Of a stretch of 18,410 nt of DNA, positions 7,433-16,344 are shown in pieces. The notes below the pieces were generated by a model. The model had not been told where the DNA came from, did not search any database, and saw nothing but the letters and a program-made list of their open reading frames with translations. Each line of letters opens with the position of its first letter. Within the stretch, counting starts at the first letter, position 1. Where the stretch lies: NCBI GenBank assembly GCA_043810775.1, contig JBDRNU010000024.1, forward strand, positions 1 through 18,410, given 5' to 3'. The DNA is from an archaeon (GTDB lineage Archaea; Nanobdellota; Nanobdellia; Pacearchaeales; GW2011-AR1). The position numbers were made by a program, and so were the translations under genes.

Positions 7433-8059
7433 TTAATGCTTTACTTTAGCGCCTCTGTGAAGATGAAGTTTTTCTTCTAAATAATTAATCTCTTTAACGC
7501 CTTTTTTGCTTAATAAAAGTAAAATTAAAAATCCTAAAAATGAAAAGCCACCCACTATAAAAAATAATCCCTTAAATCCTATAACATCAACTAACTCAGC
7601 CCCAATATAAGCGGCCAATGCTGTGCCTAGTCCAATACAAGTGCTCCATAAGCCCCATTCAAACCCTCTATGCTTTTTATCAACATGCATGGTAAATAAA
7701 GAAAGCCATGTAGGAACAGCCATTGCAGCCCCTATGGCATAAACTGCCTGCGCTGCATAAATCCAATAAACATTTATCGCAAAAGCATATAAAAAAGGCA
7801 CAGCAATTATTAAAAAAGTGCCAGCATAAAGAAAACCTAATTTTTTTCTTCTTGTATCAAGATATATCGAAAAAGGCAATTGGAGTACAGACTTAGTCCC
7901 CCAGAAAACAGTTGCAGCTGTTCCAACAGCAATTATGCTCCCCCCAGATATGCCTTCCTTTAAAAATATGGCAAATATTGGGCCAATCAGCCCAAAACTT
8001 GAAACTATAAGTATATCTGATAAAATTAACAACCAGATTACCCTATTAATCTTAAACAT
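7433..8059 (-). CDS. Half-size (6-TM) MFS transporter
   Basis: Six hydrophobic segments, motif-A-like LPFSIYLDTRRKK, RG.EWG, G...AAYIGA.L....GF..LF. Confidence 0.8.
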   Translation of the reverse strand: MFKINRVIWLLILSDILIVSSFGLIGPIFAIFLKEGISGGSIIAVGTAATVFWGTKSVLQLPFSIYLDTRRKKLGFLYAGTFLIIAVPFLYAFAINVYWIYAAQAVYAIGAAMAVPTWLSLFTMHVDKKHRGFEWGLWSTCIGLGTALAAYIGAELVDVIGFKGLFFIVGGFSFLGFLILLLLSKKGVKEINYLEEKLHLHRGAKVKH

Positions 8060-8103
8060 TTTTTGCCTCTTTTTTACACTAAATGATTTGCTATTTAAAA
8101 AGT

Positions 8104-8559
8104 TTACTTAATAAGCGCACTTCTCTTAATCCCTAAACTTTCTAAATATAGAATTGTCCCGTCTGATAAATAAGGTAGCTTCTTAATTTCTTCTACACTC
8201 ATAAACCTCTGTTCAGAATGCTTTTCTGGTTCTTTATTTTCAATTTTTCCAGAATATTCCAGCACTTCAAACTGGCACTTCGTATCTCTTACTTTCTTTC
8301 CATCAATAATATAAATATCTTTTCTCTCATTTACTTTTTTCATCCTTATTACCCTTATTCCGCACTCTTCAAGCATCTCTTTTTTAAATCCATCTTCAAC
8401 ATCATCCCCAGGAGTAACTTTTCCCAAAGGTATAGTCCAGAAGCCATACTTAATATGCTTCTGCACAAGGATTTTTCCTTCGCTGTCTTTAATTATAGCA
8501 TGAACTCCGTAGTAATCTTTTTTATCTTCTTGGTTGTAGTCAGGTTTCTTAATTTTCAT
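8104..8559 (-). CDS. NUDIX hydrolase
   Basis: Nudix-box variant GKVTPGDDVEDGFKKEMLEECGI; GVHAII....GKILV; NKEPEKH. Confidence 0.85.
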   Translation of the reverse strand: MKIKKPDYNQEDKKDYYGVHAIIKDSEGKILVQKHIKYGFWTIPLGKVTPGDDVEDGFKKEMLEECGIRVIRMKKVNERKDIYIIDGKKVRDTKCQFEVLEYSGKIENKEPEKHSEQRFMSVEEIKKLPYLSDGTILYLESLGIKRSALIK

Positions 8560-8560
8560 T

Positions 8561-9379
8561 TTACAGCAATTCAGCTAAAATTTTAGCTCCAAGCTTAATA
8601 GTCACACTATTATTTTTCTTGTCTTTTTCAGAGTCAATTTCTGCAATATCCACTGCTTTCAAATTCTTTTTCAAGTTAAGCCTTTTTATTATATAGATTA
8701 TTTCTCTGCTGGTCAATCCTCCTGCTACTGAATAACCTGTGCTTGGAGCATATACCGGATCAACAACATCAATATCTAAACTTACATACAATTTTTTATT
8801 TCCTGCAAACTCCATTATAGAATCAGTAACATCACCTAAATTTTCATTTAGCCACTGAATCTCTATTCTCTTAATATGCTTTTCATTTAAAAAAACTAAC
8901 TCTTCCTGCTCAATGTTTCTTGCCCCGACAAGCAGAATATTTTCAGCAGGAAACCCATACTCAATAAGAGCTCTTAACCATTCTTCATGAGTTGGGTGCT
9001 TAATAGGGGGCATGCAATCAGCATGAGCATCAAAAACAATCAAACACACTTGTTCTCCCTGGTCCTTCCAAAAATCAAAAAAAGCCCTTCCAATAGAATA
9101 AGTTATGCTATGGTCCCCACCCAAGAATATCACCTTATCTTGACCCTCAAAAGCCTCTTTTGAGTTTTTATAAATCAGCTCTTCCTGTTCTTCAAGATTA
9201 TTATTATCAACATGGGCCTCTTCTAAATCAAGTAAGCTTACACTAATAGGCTTGCCTTTTTCATTGCTTTTAATATTCCTAAGCTCAGCTAAAATTGCAT
9301 TGCCGGCATTTCTAGTCCCTTTGGTCTTTCCTAATCCATTTATTCCCGGAACCTTAATAACTTGGAAATTAGTATTCAT
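8561..9379 (-). CDS. Arginase/agmatinase (ureohydrolase) family protein
   Basis: Metal-binding motifs GGDHS, DAHAD, SLDIDVVDP..APSTG, GGLT. ATG at 9379 preferred over TTG at 9400. Confidence 0.9.
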   Translation of the reverse strand: MNTNFQVIKVPGINGLGKTKGTRNAGNAILAELRNIKSNEKGKPISVSLLDLEEAHVDNNNLEEQEELIYKNSKEAFEGQDKVIFLGGDHSITYSIGRAFFDFWKDQGEQVCLIVFDAHADCMPPIKHPTHEEWLRALIEYGFPAENILLVGARNIEQEELVFLNEKHIKRIEIQWLNENLGDVTDSIMEFAGNKKLYVSLDIDVVDPVYAPSTGYSVAGGLTSREIIYIIKRLNLKKNLKAVDIAEIDSEKDKKNNSVTIKLGAKILAELL

Positions 9380-9502
9380 TTTTAAATTTTTATTATTCAA
9401 GAGTGTAAAATAATAAATATTCTTGATATTTGAATAAATCTAAACAGACTAAACATTTTTAAATATATATTTACTTTAAAAAGCAAGAAAAGGAGGCAAA
9501 AA

Positions 9503-9688
9503 ATGGGAAAAATCACTGCATGGCTTGTAACTTTTATAGGATTGCTACTAATAGTAGAACTTGTCCTACCTTTATTTAGTGTAATGGTAGAAGATGTAAT
9601 GCTGGGACAAATTTTTAACTGGCTACTTGCATTAGCAGTTCTTGCAGTAGGTATAAACAAGCTTAGAATAAACTATTCATCAAAGTAA
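9503..9688 (+). CDS. Small 2-TM membrane protein (61 aa)
   Basis: Strong SD AGGAGG at 9491-9496, two hydrophobic helices, basic C-terminal tail. Confidence 0.8.
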   Translation: MGKITAWLVTFIGLLLIVELVLPLFSVMVEDVMLGQIFNWLLALAVLAVGINKLRINYSSK

Positions 9689-9720
9689 TTTTTTACGTCA
9701 AAATCGTAAGATTTCAGAAA

Positions 9721-10167
9721 ATGAAAAAAGTAAAAATAAATTTGGAAAATAAGTTACCTTTGGGAATAAGAATAATCTCAATAATTTATTGCATTGCAGC
9801 ACTGTTTATGATAGTTATGGCAGTCTTGTTGATTTTAACTGCATTTAGTATTTTCAGCGACTCTACCGAATCAACTATTCTCAGTTTAGTTGTAAGCGAA
9901 ACCCAAGCAATCACAACAACAATCTTAGTAGTAATGGCAATAACATTCATAGTAATGGGTGTTCTCGGATTTTTAGTAGGTAAGGGGCTATGGAATACAA
10001 AAAAATGGGCACTAGTGGTTGCCTTAGTATTTTCAGGTCTCGGAATACTAACATCAGTTATTTCTCTTATACAGGGAAAATGGAGAAGCATAACAGGGCT
10101 AGTAATAAATTTGATTATATTTAGCTATCTTTTCTTTAATAAGAAATCTAAGAGAAAATTTAGATAA
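9721..10167 (+). CDS. 4-TM membrane protein (DUF2127-like)
   Basis: PLGIRIISI, GLW..KKWA, IIFSYL...K.K..F pattern; four hydrophobic segments. Confidence 0.75.
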   Translation: MKKVKINLENKLPLGIRIISIIYCIAALFMIVMAVLLILTAFSIFSDSTESTILSLVVSETQAITTTILVVMAITFIVMGVLGFLVGKGLWNTKKWALVVALVFSGLGILTSVISLIQGKWRSITGLVINLIIFSYLFFNKKSKRKFR

Positions 10168-10169
10168 AA

Positions 10170-11369
10170 CTACTCAGGTACTAAACTAAAAGCAGAGTAA
10201 CTCTTTAGCTTAGAGAATTTCCTAACGTCAGCTAGTTTTACCTTATTCATATTTTCTTCATAATTATAATACTTTTCAGCCCTTCCGGCAATTTCTTCCT
10301 GCATTAACATTTCCATTACACTTGAAGAATCCTCACTTGATAGTTTCATCAAACCAATTAGTTGCTCTTTTGTCTCTTCAAAATCACTGCTTTTCAAATT
10401 TCCTACATTCTTTATCTCTCTTAAAATTATTTCTTTGACCTTGCTGACATTTTCTTTAGTAGTGCCAGCATAAATAGTGGAATAACCATAACTTGCTCCA
10501 GTATCAATATCTCCGCATATAGAATAAGCCAAGCCTCTCTTGTCTCTAATTTCATTAAATAAAACAGAGCTCATTCCTCCAGCTAAATGCATTAAAAACA
10601 CTCTAAAAGCATAGCTATCCTTATCAACTCTCCTCGGAGCGTGCATGCCAAATATAAAGTTGGCCTGGTCTATACCTTTTCTTTTCTCAACATTTTGAAG
10701 ATTTATTTTCATAGGATTAATTTTTTTAATACTACCTATTCTTTTCGGAAATATTTTTTCAGCGAGCTCGCATATTTTGCCAAAATCAGCTTTTCCAACT
10801 ACGCATAAAATCATATTATTAGTAAAATAATTTGAATTATAAATTTCAGAAATTTGCCCCCTGGTTAAATTGCTCACACTCTCTTCAGTACCCGCGCCGA
10901 AAACCCCAAAAGGTTTTTTATAAAGCATCTCCTTAATTTTCTCCATCACATAAAATCTTGGATTGTCCTTGTATAATTTTATTTCCTCTAAAACTACTTT
11001 TTTTTCTTTTTCAAATAGCTCTTTGTTAAATAAAGGGTTCAAGATTAAATCTGAAGCCATATCTACACCAATATCTAAATGCTTGGAAGGTAATTTATTA
11101 AAATAAAAAGTATACTCCTCTCCTGTTGAAGCATTAATTATTCCCCCTTTTTTTTCTACCTCTCTCGCAATTTCTTCATGAGTTTTGTTTTTTGTGCCCT
11201 GAAAAGTCATGTGTTCAATTAGATGAGCTGCACCTTTTGTTAGAATAGGTTCATATCCAGAGCCAAACTTTATAGCTGTTGCAATGCTTACTACAGGAAG
11301 GTTTCTTTTTTCAAATAAAACTGTCAGTCCATTTTTCAGCTTCTTTTTGTAAAATTCAGGTTTGTTCAT
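10170..11369 (-). CDS. M16 (pitrilysin/insulinase) family zinc peptidase
   Basis: LKNGLTV, inverted zincin GAAHLIEHMTFQGT, INASTGEEYT, EK.VVLEEI, LFNEIRDKRGLAY. Confidence 0.95.
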   Translation of the reverse strand: MNKPEFYKKKLKNGLTVLFEKRNLPVVSIATAIKFGSGYEPILTKGAAHLIEHMTFQGTKNKTHEEIAREVEKKGGIINASTGEEYTFYFNKLPSKHLDIGVDMASDLILNPLFNKELFEKEKKVVLEEIKLYKDNPRFYVMEKIKEMLYKKPFGVFGAGTEESVSNLTRGQISEIYNSNYFTNNMILCVVGKADFGKICELAEKIFPKRIGSIKKINPMKINLQNVEKRKGIDQANFIFGMHAPRRVDKDSYAFRVFLMHLAGGMSSVLFNEIRDKRGLAYSICGDIDTGASYGYSTIYAGTTKENVSKVKEIILREIKNVGNLKSSDFEETKEQLIGLMKLSSEDSSSVMEMLMQEEIAGRAEKYYNYEENMNKVKLADVRKFSKLKSYSAFSLVPE

Positions 11370-11770
11370 TTTTTTCTTGATACATCAATCCAGTTAGTTC
11401 TTTTTTTAAACTTGCATGAACCATGATAAAATTTTAAATGTTCTAACTTAATTAATGCGACAACCTCTTTTTTATTCCTATTAAAACACTCCTTGCAGAA
11501 AGCACTTACAAGTTTAGTGCCAATTCCTCTTCTTCTGAATCTTTTATCAACTCTTGATTCTGAGATTAAAACATCTTTTCTTGCACAAGGGTCTATATAA
11601 CCTAAAACATAACCAATTATTTTTTTATTATCTTCAGCTACTAAGAAAATGACATCTTTATTTTTAAAAGCACCTCTCAAATCTTCAATTTGAAAAGAGA
11701 TTTTTTTATCTAATTTCTGAATTTCTAAACATCCTTTGATATCCTCTTTTTTAGCTTTTCTTATTTTCAT
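11366..11770 (-). CDS. GNAT family N-acetyltransferase
   Basis: IRKAKKED, FLVAED..KIIGY, acetyl-CoA motif A VDKRFRRRGIGTKL, KFY...KF. Confidence 0.9.
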   Translation of the reverse strand: MKIRKAKKEDIKGCLEIQKLDKKISFQIEDLRGAFKNKDVIFLVAEDNKKIIGYVLGYIDPCARKDVLISESRVDKRFRRRGIGTKLVSAFCKECFNRNKKEVVALIKLEHLKFYHGSCKFKKRTNWIDVSRKK

Positions 11771-12432
11771 TTTACCCCTTTAATATTTAGAAAATGCCTA
11801 TACTCTCCCTCACTCACTATAGTATAATTGATTTTTATACCTTTCTTAAACATAGGCATATTTAAGACAGCAGTCTCAGCTTCACCGCCTTCAAAATCTA
11901 ACCTAAATTTGTATTTCCTGCTTAATCTCTTTAAGTCATCTAGCAATACGCTATCAATTGGCTTTCCTAAATACTCCTGAGGAATTCCCTCGCAAGCAAT
12001 CTTAGTAATTATAACCTCAAATCCTTTATCAAGAAGCTCTCCCCATAATTTATATGCATCATAACCCCACAATGGAGAATATACCTCCAGCCCAAGCTCT
12101 CTAGCTAGCTTTTCTATTTTCTTGCATTGATAATTTGAAGCTAATCCTCCAATCACAATAACATCAATTTTATCCTTAATTTTTAAAACTAAATTTTTCA
12201 AATCACTCATCTCTTTTTCCTTTTCCCCCTTGGTTTTTCCAAGAATAAGATTTATTCCAAGCATCTGAGCCTGTTTCTTCAACAGCTTCAAATCAGGTTT
12301 GTGAAACATATAGCTGTCTTTATTTATGGGAATTATGCTAAGAATATACTCAATCTTAAAATTCTTGCTTGCCCTATACAAAGCCAGAGCTGAATCCTTT
12401 CCTCCAGAAAATAATACGCACGCCTTTTTCAT
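11767..12432 (-). CDS. dph6: Diphthine--ammonia ligase (diphthamide synthase), PP-loop ATPase
   Basis: LFSGGKDS, DSYMFH, EKEKE..DL, G.LASNYQ, LGL....PLW, EGGEAET.V...PMF. Confidence 0.92.
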   Translation of the reverse strand: MKKACVLFSGGKDSALALYRASKNFKIEYILSIIPINKDSYMFHKPDLKLLKKQAQMLGINLILGKTKGEKEKEMSDLKNLVLKIKDKIDVIVIGGLASNYQCKKIEKLARELGLEVYSPLWGYDAYKLWGELLDKGFEVIITKIACEGIPQEYLGKPIDSVLLDDLKRLSRKYKFRLDFEGGEAETAVLNMPMFKKGIKINYTIVSEGEYRHFLNIKGVK

Positions 12433-12491
12433 CTAAAACCTATATATTTTACACTATAAAAGTTTTTATACTTTATTTTGGCTTTTTTAAT

Positions 12492-13100
12492 ATGGGTAAA
12501 GTATCCAGCCAAACAAAATATATAGCAGGAATTGACGAATCCAATCATGGAAAATCCCCTGAATATTTTGTAGCTGTTGTTTCTAGGCGAATAAAGGCTG
12601 ATTCAAAAATATATGATCATATGCAAAGAATAACAGACTGGGAAAAATTAAGAGAAGTACTGAATTGCCCTGATAGAGATTTTAGATATTTGACAGTAGA
12701 AAAAGAAACCCTAGATTCATACAAAAGATGCGACCTAGTAACAGATGTTTACTCTCAGCTTATTGATTCATTTCACCTAGACCCGCACTTCCTAAAAGTT
12801 TGCATTGATGGAGAGCTGAGAAAAAGTCATAAAGTACTTATTGAAGAGGAGATTTCAAGAGGAAGTGGAATTTGCCCTCAAAAAATAGCAGTAATTGGAA
12901 TACAAAAAAATGGAACAGCTTCAACAAATTTTGTTATAAGCCTTGCTGACAGTCTTGCAAGCTACTGCTTTAGAAAAAGGCTTGCTGATAGGGATAATAT
13001 TCTAAAAGAAATTACAAAAGACCCTAAAGGTCAAGGAAGATTCTTAGAAGAAATTCTCCATAATGAAGTGCAATTCATTCCAAAAGCACTTGCCGCATAA
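12492..13100 (+). CDS. Divergent RNase H-fold (RNase HII/DUF3800-like) protein, 202 aa
   Basis: YIAGIDESNHG, VCIDGE, ISLADSLA acidic motifs. Start moved to ATG 12492 (in frame, TATA upstream) to remove the overlap with dph6. Confidence 0.6.
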   Translation: MGKVSSQTKYIAGIDESNHGKSPEYFVAVVSRRIKADSKIYDHMQRITDWEKLREVLNCPDRDFRYLTVEKETLDSYKRCDLVTDVYSQLIDSFHLDPHFLKVCIDGELRKSHKVLIEEEISRGSGICPQKIAVIGIQKNGTASTNFVISLADSLASYCFRKRLADRDNILKEITKDPKGQGRFLEEILHNEVQFIPKALAA

Positions 13101-13140
13101 GCATATTTTTAAATTTACATTTCTATATAACTAAAGGAAA

Positions 13141-14052
13141 ATGGCATCAACAAACCAATCACCACATTTTATTAAAGCTCAAGGAGAATATCTAAATGCA
13201 GAAACAAAAGAGCAAAAAATCAAAGCTCTAAAAAAGATGATATCACTTGCTCCATCGCATAAAGGAGCTGAAAATCTGCGAGCTGACTTAAAAAGAAGAC
13301 TTGCAAAACTTAAGTATGCTTATGAAAAAGAGTCAAAAAAAGCCAAATCCTCAAAAATAGGAATAAAAAAAGCAGAAATGCAGGCAGTTCTTATAGGTTT
13401 GGCAAATTCAGGTAAATCTTCTATACTCAACATCCTAACAAATGCTCATCCAGAAATTGCCCATTATAAATATACAACTAAACAGCCCATACTTGGCACT
13501 TTAAACTACGAAGGCGTAAAAATACAGCTAATAGACATGCCTGCAATTGAAAATGAAATGTTTGACCAGGGCCTTGCAAACACAGCTGACTTACTGCTGA
13601 TAGTAATTGAAAAAATTCCAGATATAGAAAAAATTGAGTCTTTTCTTGAAAAAACAAAAGGGAAAAAAATTTATATATTTGCCAAAATCGATCTCCTAGA
13701 TAATAATGAAATAAGAAAAGCTGAAGCAACCCTCAAATCCAAGAAAAAGGAATTCGTGCTGTTTTCAGCAAAAACACAGGAAAATTTGCTGAATCTAAAA
13801 GAAAAAATATTTCTCTCATTTGGAAAAATAAGAATTTATACAAAAGAGCCGGGCAAGTCTTATGATTCTGAGCCAGTAATAATCCCTATTAATTCGTCAG
13901 TCAAGCAGGTTGCAGATAAAATTTTCCATGGATTATCAAGTCAGATTAAAGAAACACGAGTTACAGGCCCTTCCTCTAAATTTCCAAACCAAAAAGTCGG
14001 GCTCTCCCACATACTCAAAGATAAGGATATAGTTGAGTTTCACAAGAAATAA
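13141..14052 (+). CDS. OBG-family DRG-like GTPase with C-terminal TGS domain
   Basis: HKGAENLRADLKRRLAKL N-terminus, G1 GLANSGKS, G2 YTT, IQLIDMP, KID, SAK, IRIYTKEPG, QKVGLSHILKDKDIVEF. Confidence 0.9.
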   Translation: MASTNQSPHFIKAQGEYLNAETKEQKIKALKKMISLAPSHKGAENLRADLKRRLAKLKYAYEKESKKAKSSKIGIKKAEMQAVLIGLANSGKSSILNILTNAHPEIAHYKYTTKQPILGTLNYEGVKIQLIDMPAIENEMFDQGLANTADLLLIVIEKIPDIEKIESFLEKTKGKKIYIFAKIDLLDNNEIRKAEATLKSKKKEFVLFSAKTQENLLNLKEKIFLSFGKIRIYTKEPGKSYDSEPVIIPINSSVKQVADKIFHGLSSQIKETRVTGPSSKFPNQKVGLSHILKDKDIVEFHKK

Positions 14053-14055
14053 AAT

Positions 14056-15177
14056 TTAAATTAAATTGCTTAGTTCATCTAAATACTGTTTTGGCTTGCC
14101 TTTTGAAAAGTGCTTTCTCGCAGGCTCCAAAATATCAATTAAAGATTCAGCAACAGCATTTTTCAAGTCTAAAGGGTGGAGTTTTCCACTTGCAAAATCT
14201 TCTTCTAATTTAATATAGTTATTATAAACTGAATTTCCTCCAAATTTTTTATCTCTCTTGACTTCAAGATTATTCTTCACTGGAAAAATTAAATGCTTGA
14301 CCCAGTCCAATATGGGATTAAAATCAATTTCTTTTTCAGGGCAGAAAGCTTTAGAAATTTTTCTTTTAATCTCATCTTCTGAATCATGAATAAATATACA
14401 ACTATCTGGCTTGCTTTTGCTCATTTTTAGTTCAGAAAGCAAATCTTTAAGTTTATCCTTAGGAACAGGCCACTGAGATGGCTTGCCTAATCCAAGAGTC
14501 AAATGATGATGAACAGCCACAGGCTTTACTTTTTGCTTTTTTTTGTTTAGCAGAGGTTTAATTTTCAATTTCAAGGCAACATCTCTTGCAATAACATGGG
14601 CTTTTCTCTGGTCCAAACCTGCATGAGCAAGAGTCAACTCTTGAATAAAAATATCTGCAACCTGCATTGGAGGGTACATTAACTTTGCAAAATCCACAGA
14701 TTCCCCTTCCTTCCTACCCATAATAGTTATACTTCTCATCATCCTAGACAAACTAGTATTCTTACTTACATCAATCATAGTGGCCCAATAATCATCATTA
14801 TTATGATACAAGTCAGTTCCTAGCACAAATTTAAGCTTCTTAGGATTGCCCCCTACACATTTCAAGCTGGCTTTTATCCCTTCTTGAAAATAACCAACAG
14901 CAACTTTCTTGATAATATCCCTATTACCCCCAAGCTTGTCATTAATCCAAGTATGCCAATCTGCCAAAAAAATACTGCAATCAACTCCAGCGTCAATAAA
15001 GTCTTTTACTTTTAACATGCTACCAACACCGCTTCCTAAATGAATTTTTCCAGAAATCTCAAAACCAATATAATGTTTTATTTTATCTCCCTCTTTAAGC
15101 ATACTTCTCAAATCATCCTCTCCTAATAATTCTGCAGTATTCCTCTTTATAAGTTCAAATCTCTTTTCTATATCCAT
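14056..15177 (-). CDS. tyrS: Tyrosine--tRNA ligase, archaeal type
   Basis: YIGFEISGKIHLG (HIGH-like), LADWHTWINDK, YPPMQVAD, GLDQRKAH, KMSKS, LHPLDLK. Start may be 15177 or 15192. Confidence 0.96.
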   Translation of the reverse strand: MDIEKRFELIKRNTAELLGEDDLRSMLKEGDKIKHYIGFEISGKIHLGSGVGSMLKVKDFIDAGVDCSIFLADWHTWINDKLGGNRDIIKKVAVGYFQEGIKASLKCVGGNPKKLKFVLGTDLYHNNDDYWATMIDVSKNTSLSRMMRSITIMGRKEGESVDFAKLMYPPMQVADIFIQELTLAHAGLDQRKAHVIARDVALKLKIKPLLNKKKQKVKPVAVHHHLTLGLGKPSQWPVPKDKLKDLLSELKMSKSKPDSCIFIHDSEDEIKRKISKAFCPEKEIDFNPILDWVKHLIFPVKNNLEVKRDKKFGGNSVYNNYIKLEEDFASGKLHPLDLKNAVAESLIDILEPARKHFSKGKPKQYLDELSNLI

Positions 15178-15178
15178 G

Positions 15179-15494
15179 TTACTCTTTATCATTTTCCCTT
15201 ATTAAAGCTTTTTCTTTATCATAATTAACCATAGTTCTCTCAATAATAGCATCTAAATTAGCCATAAAAGACATTACTATATTACAATCTGCTGGCTTCA
15301 ACACTCCATTAGTGCAAAAACAGTAACTTTCAGACTGAATGCAAATATTTTTCACGCTATCATAAAGCCCTGCCGGGCATTCAGAACGTAGGACATATTT
15401 ATCAGAAGCCATCATATCATCAGAAAAAAAATTTATGAAGGCTCTAACTAAAGAAATAATACCAAAAATAAAACTTGTTGGTATTTAGAGCCAT
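15179..15494 (-). CDS. Small Cys-rich, probably membrane-anchored protein; apparently frameshifted near its 5' end (track ORF is 15179..15415)
   Basis: The frame stays open upstream through hydrophobic IPTSFIFGIISLVRAFINFF to 15484. An ATG at 15494 is one base out of frame and has a TATA-like TTAAATA at 15522-15516. Confidence 0.5.
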
Positions 15495-15525
15495 AATAAA
15501 TTTAGAACTAAGAAGTATTTAAGCT

Positions 15526-15957
15526 TTATGCTGCCTGATTTAGCAAGCAGTCCACAGGGCAATTATATTCTGTCTCAATCTCTCCACACTCCCCATCACC
15601 ACAATTTGCAGTGCAAAATCCGCTTATTCCTACCCATTCTTCTTGTTGAGGGGGAATCAAGTCAAGCCCTTCACAGCACTCTGGAGGATTCTCAATTACC
15701 GGAATTGAACCCCCTTCCTGCACACAACTCTCTCCATCAACAACTATAACATCAGGACACTCCTCAAATTCACAGTCAGGAAGAACTCTTCCAACAGCAG
15801 TTCCATCAGGACATATCATAGCCTCCTCAGTGCAGACAATATTTTCAACATCATCACCATACCTAATATAATATTTAATCCCAAAATATGCCCCCACTAA
15901 AAAAGCAAGGACTATAACTCCAATAATAACTATTCCAATAAAACCCCTTTTATTCAT
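15526..15957 (-). CDS. Membrane-anchored Cys-rich extracellular protein
   Basis: MNKRG plus hydrophobic helix (class III signal-like); CTEEAMICPDGTAVGR..PDCEFEECP and CGDGEC...E...NCPVDC disulfide modules; acidic. Confidence 0.8.
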   Translation of the reverse strand: MNKRGFIGIVIIGVIVLAFLVGAYFGIKYYIRYGDDVENIVCTEEAMICPDGTAVGRVLPDCEFEECPDVIVVDGESCVQEGGSIPVIENPPECCEGLDLIPPQQEEWVGISGFCTANCGDGECGEIETEYNCPVDCLLNQAA

Positions 15958-15995
15958 GCTAAAATTAATAAATCTAAATTTATAAATCTATCATA

Positions 15996-16334
15996 ATGAA
16001 AGAAAAAGATTTATTCATGATTTGTATAATTATCTCAATTATAGGTATTTTTATCTTACTTATAATTTCAAATCTTCAGCAGCCAAAACTAACATACTGT
16101 AGTGAAATCACAAGCATTGATATTGGGCAACAAGTTCAAATTATAGGTAATATCTCTCTAGAAAAATCACACAATGACTTTAAAATTTTCATTCTAGAAC
16201 AAGACTCTTGTAAAATAGAGGTAACCTGCTTCTGTAAAGAAAATATCTCGGGTGAAGTTGAAGTTACAGGAACACTAGAAATTTATAACGATAAAATTCA
16301 AATTAAAGCTGAAAAAATAAAAAATATAAAATAA
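15996..16334 (+). CDS. Membrane-anchored OB-fold protein
   Basis: N-terminal TM, then IGQQVQIIGNI, FILEQDS.KIEV, VEVTGTLEIY....QIKAEKI OB-fold strand pattern. Confidence 0.75.
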   Translation: MKEKDLFMICIIISIIGIFILLIISNLQQPKLTYCSEITSIDIGQQVQIIGNISLEKSHNDFKIFILEQDSCKIEVTCFCKENISGEVEVTGTLEIYNDKIQIKAEKIKNIK

Positions 16335-16344
16335 AAGAAAAAAT

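Noticed and set aside
12369-12491. N-terminal 41 codons of the 243-aa ORF
   Set aside because: TTG start overlapping dph6 and running through the AT-rich promoter; ATG 12492 is the better start.
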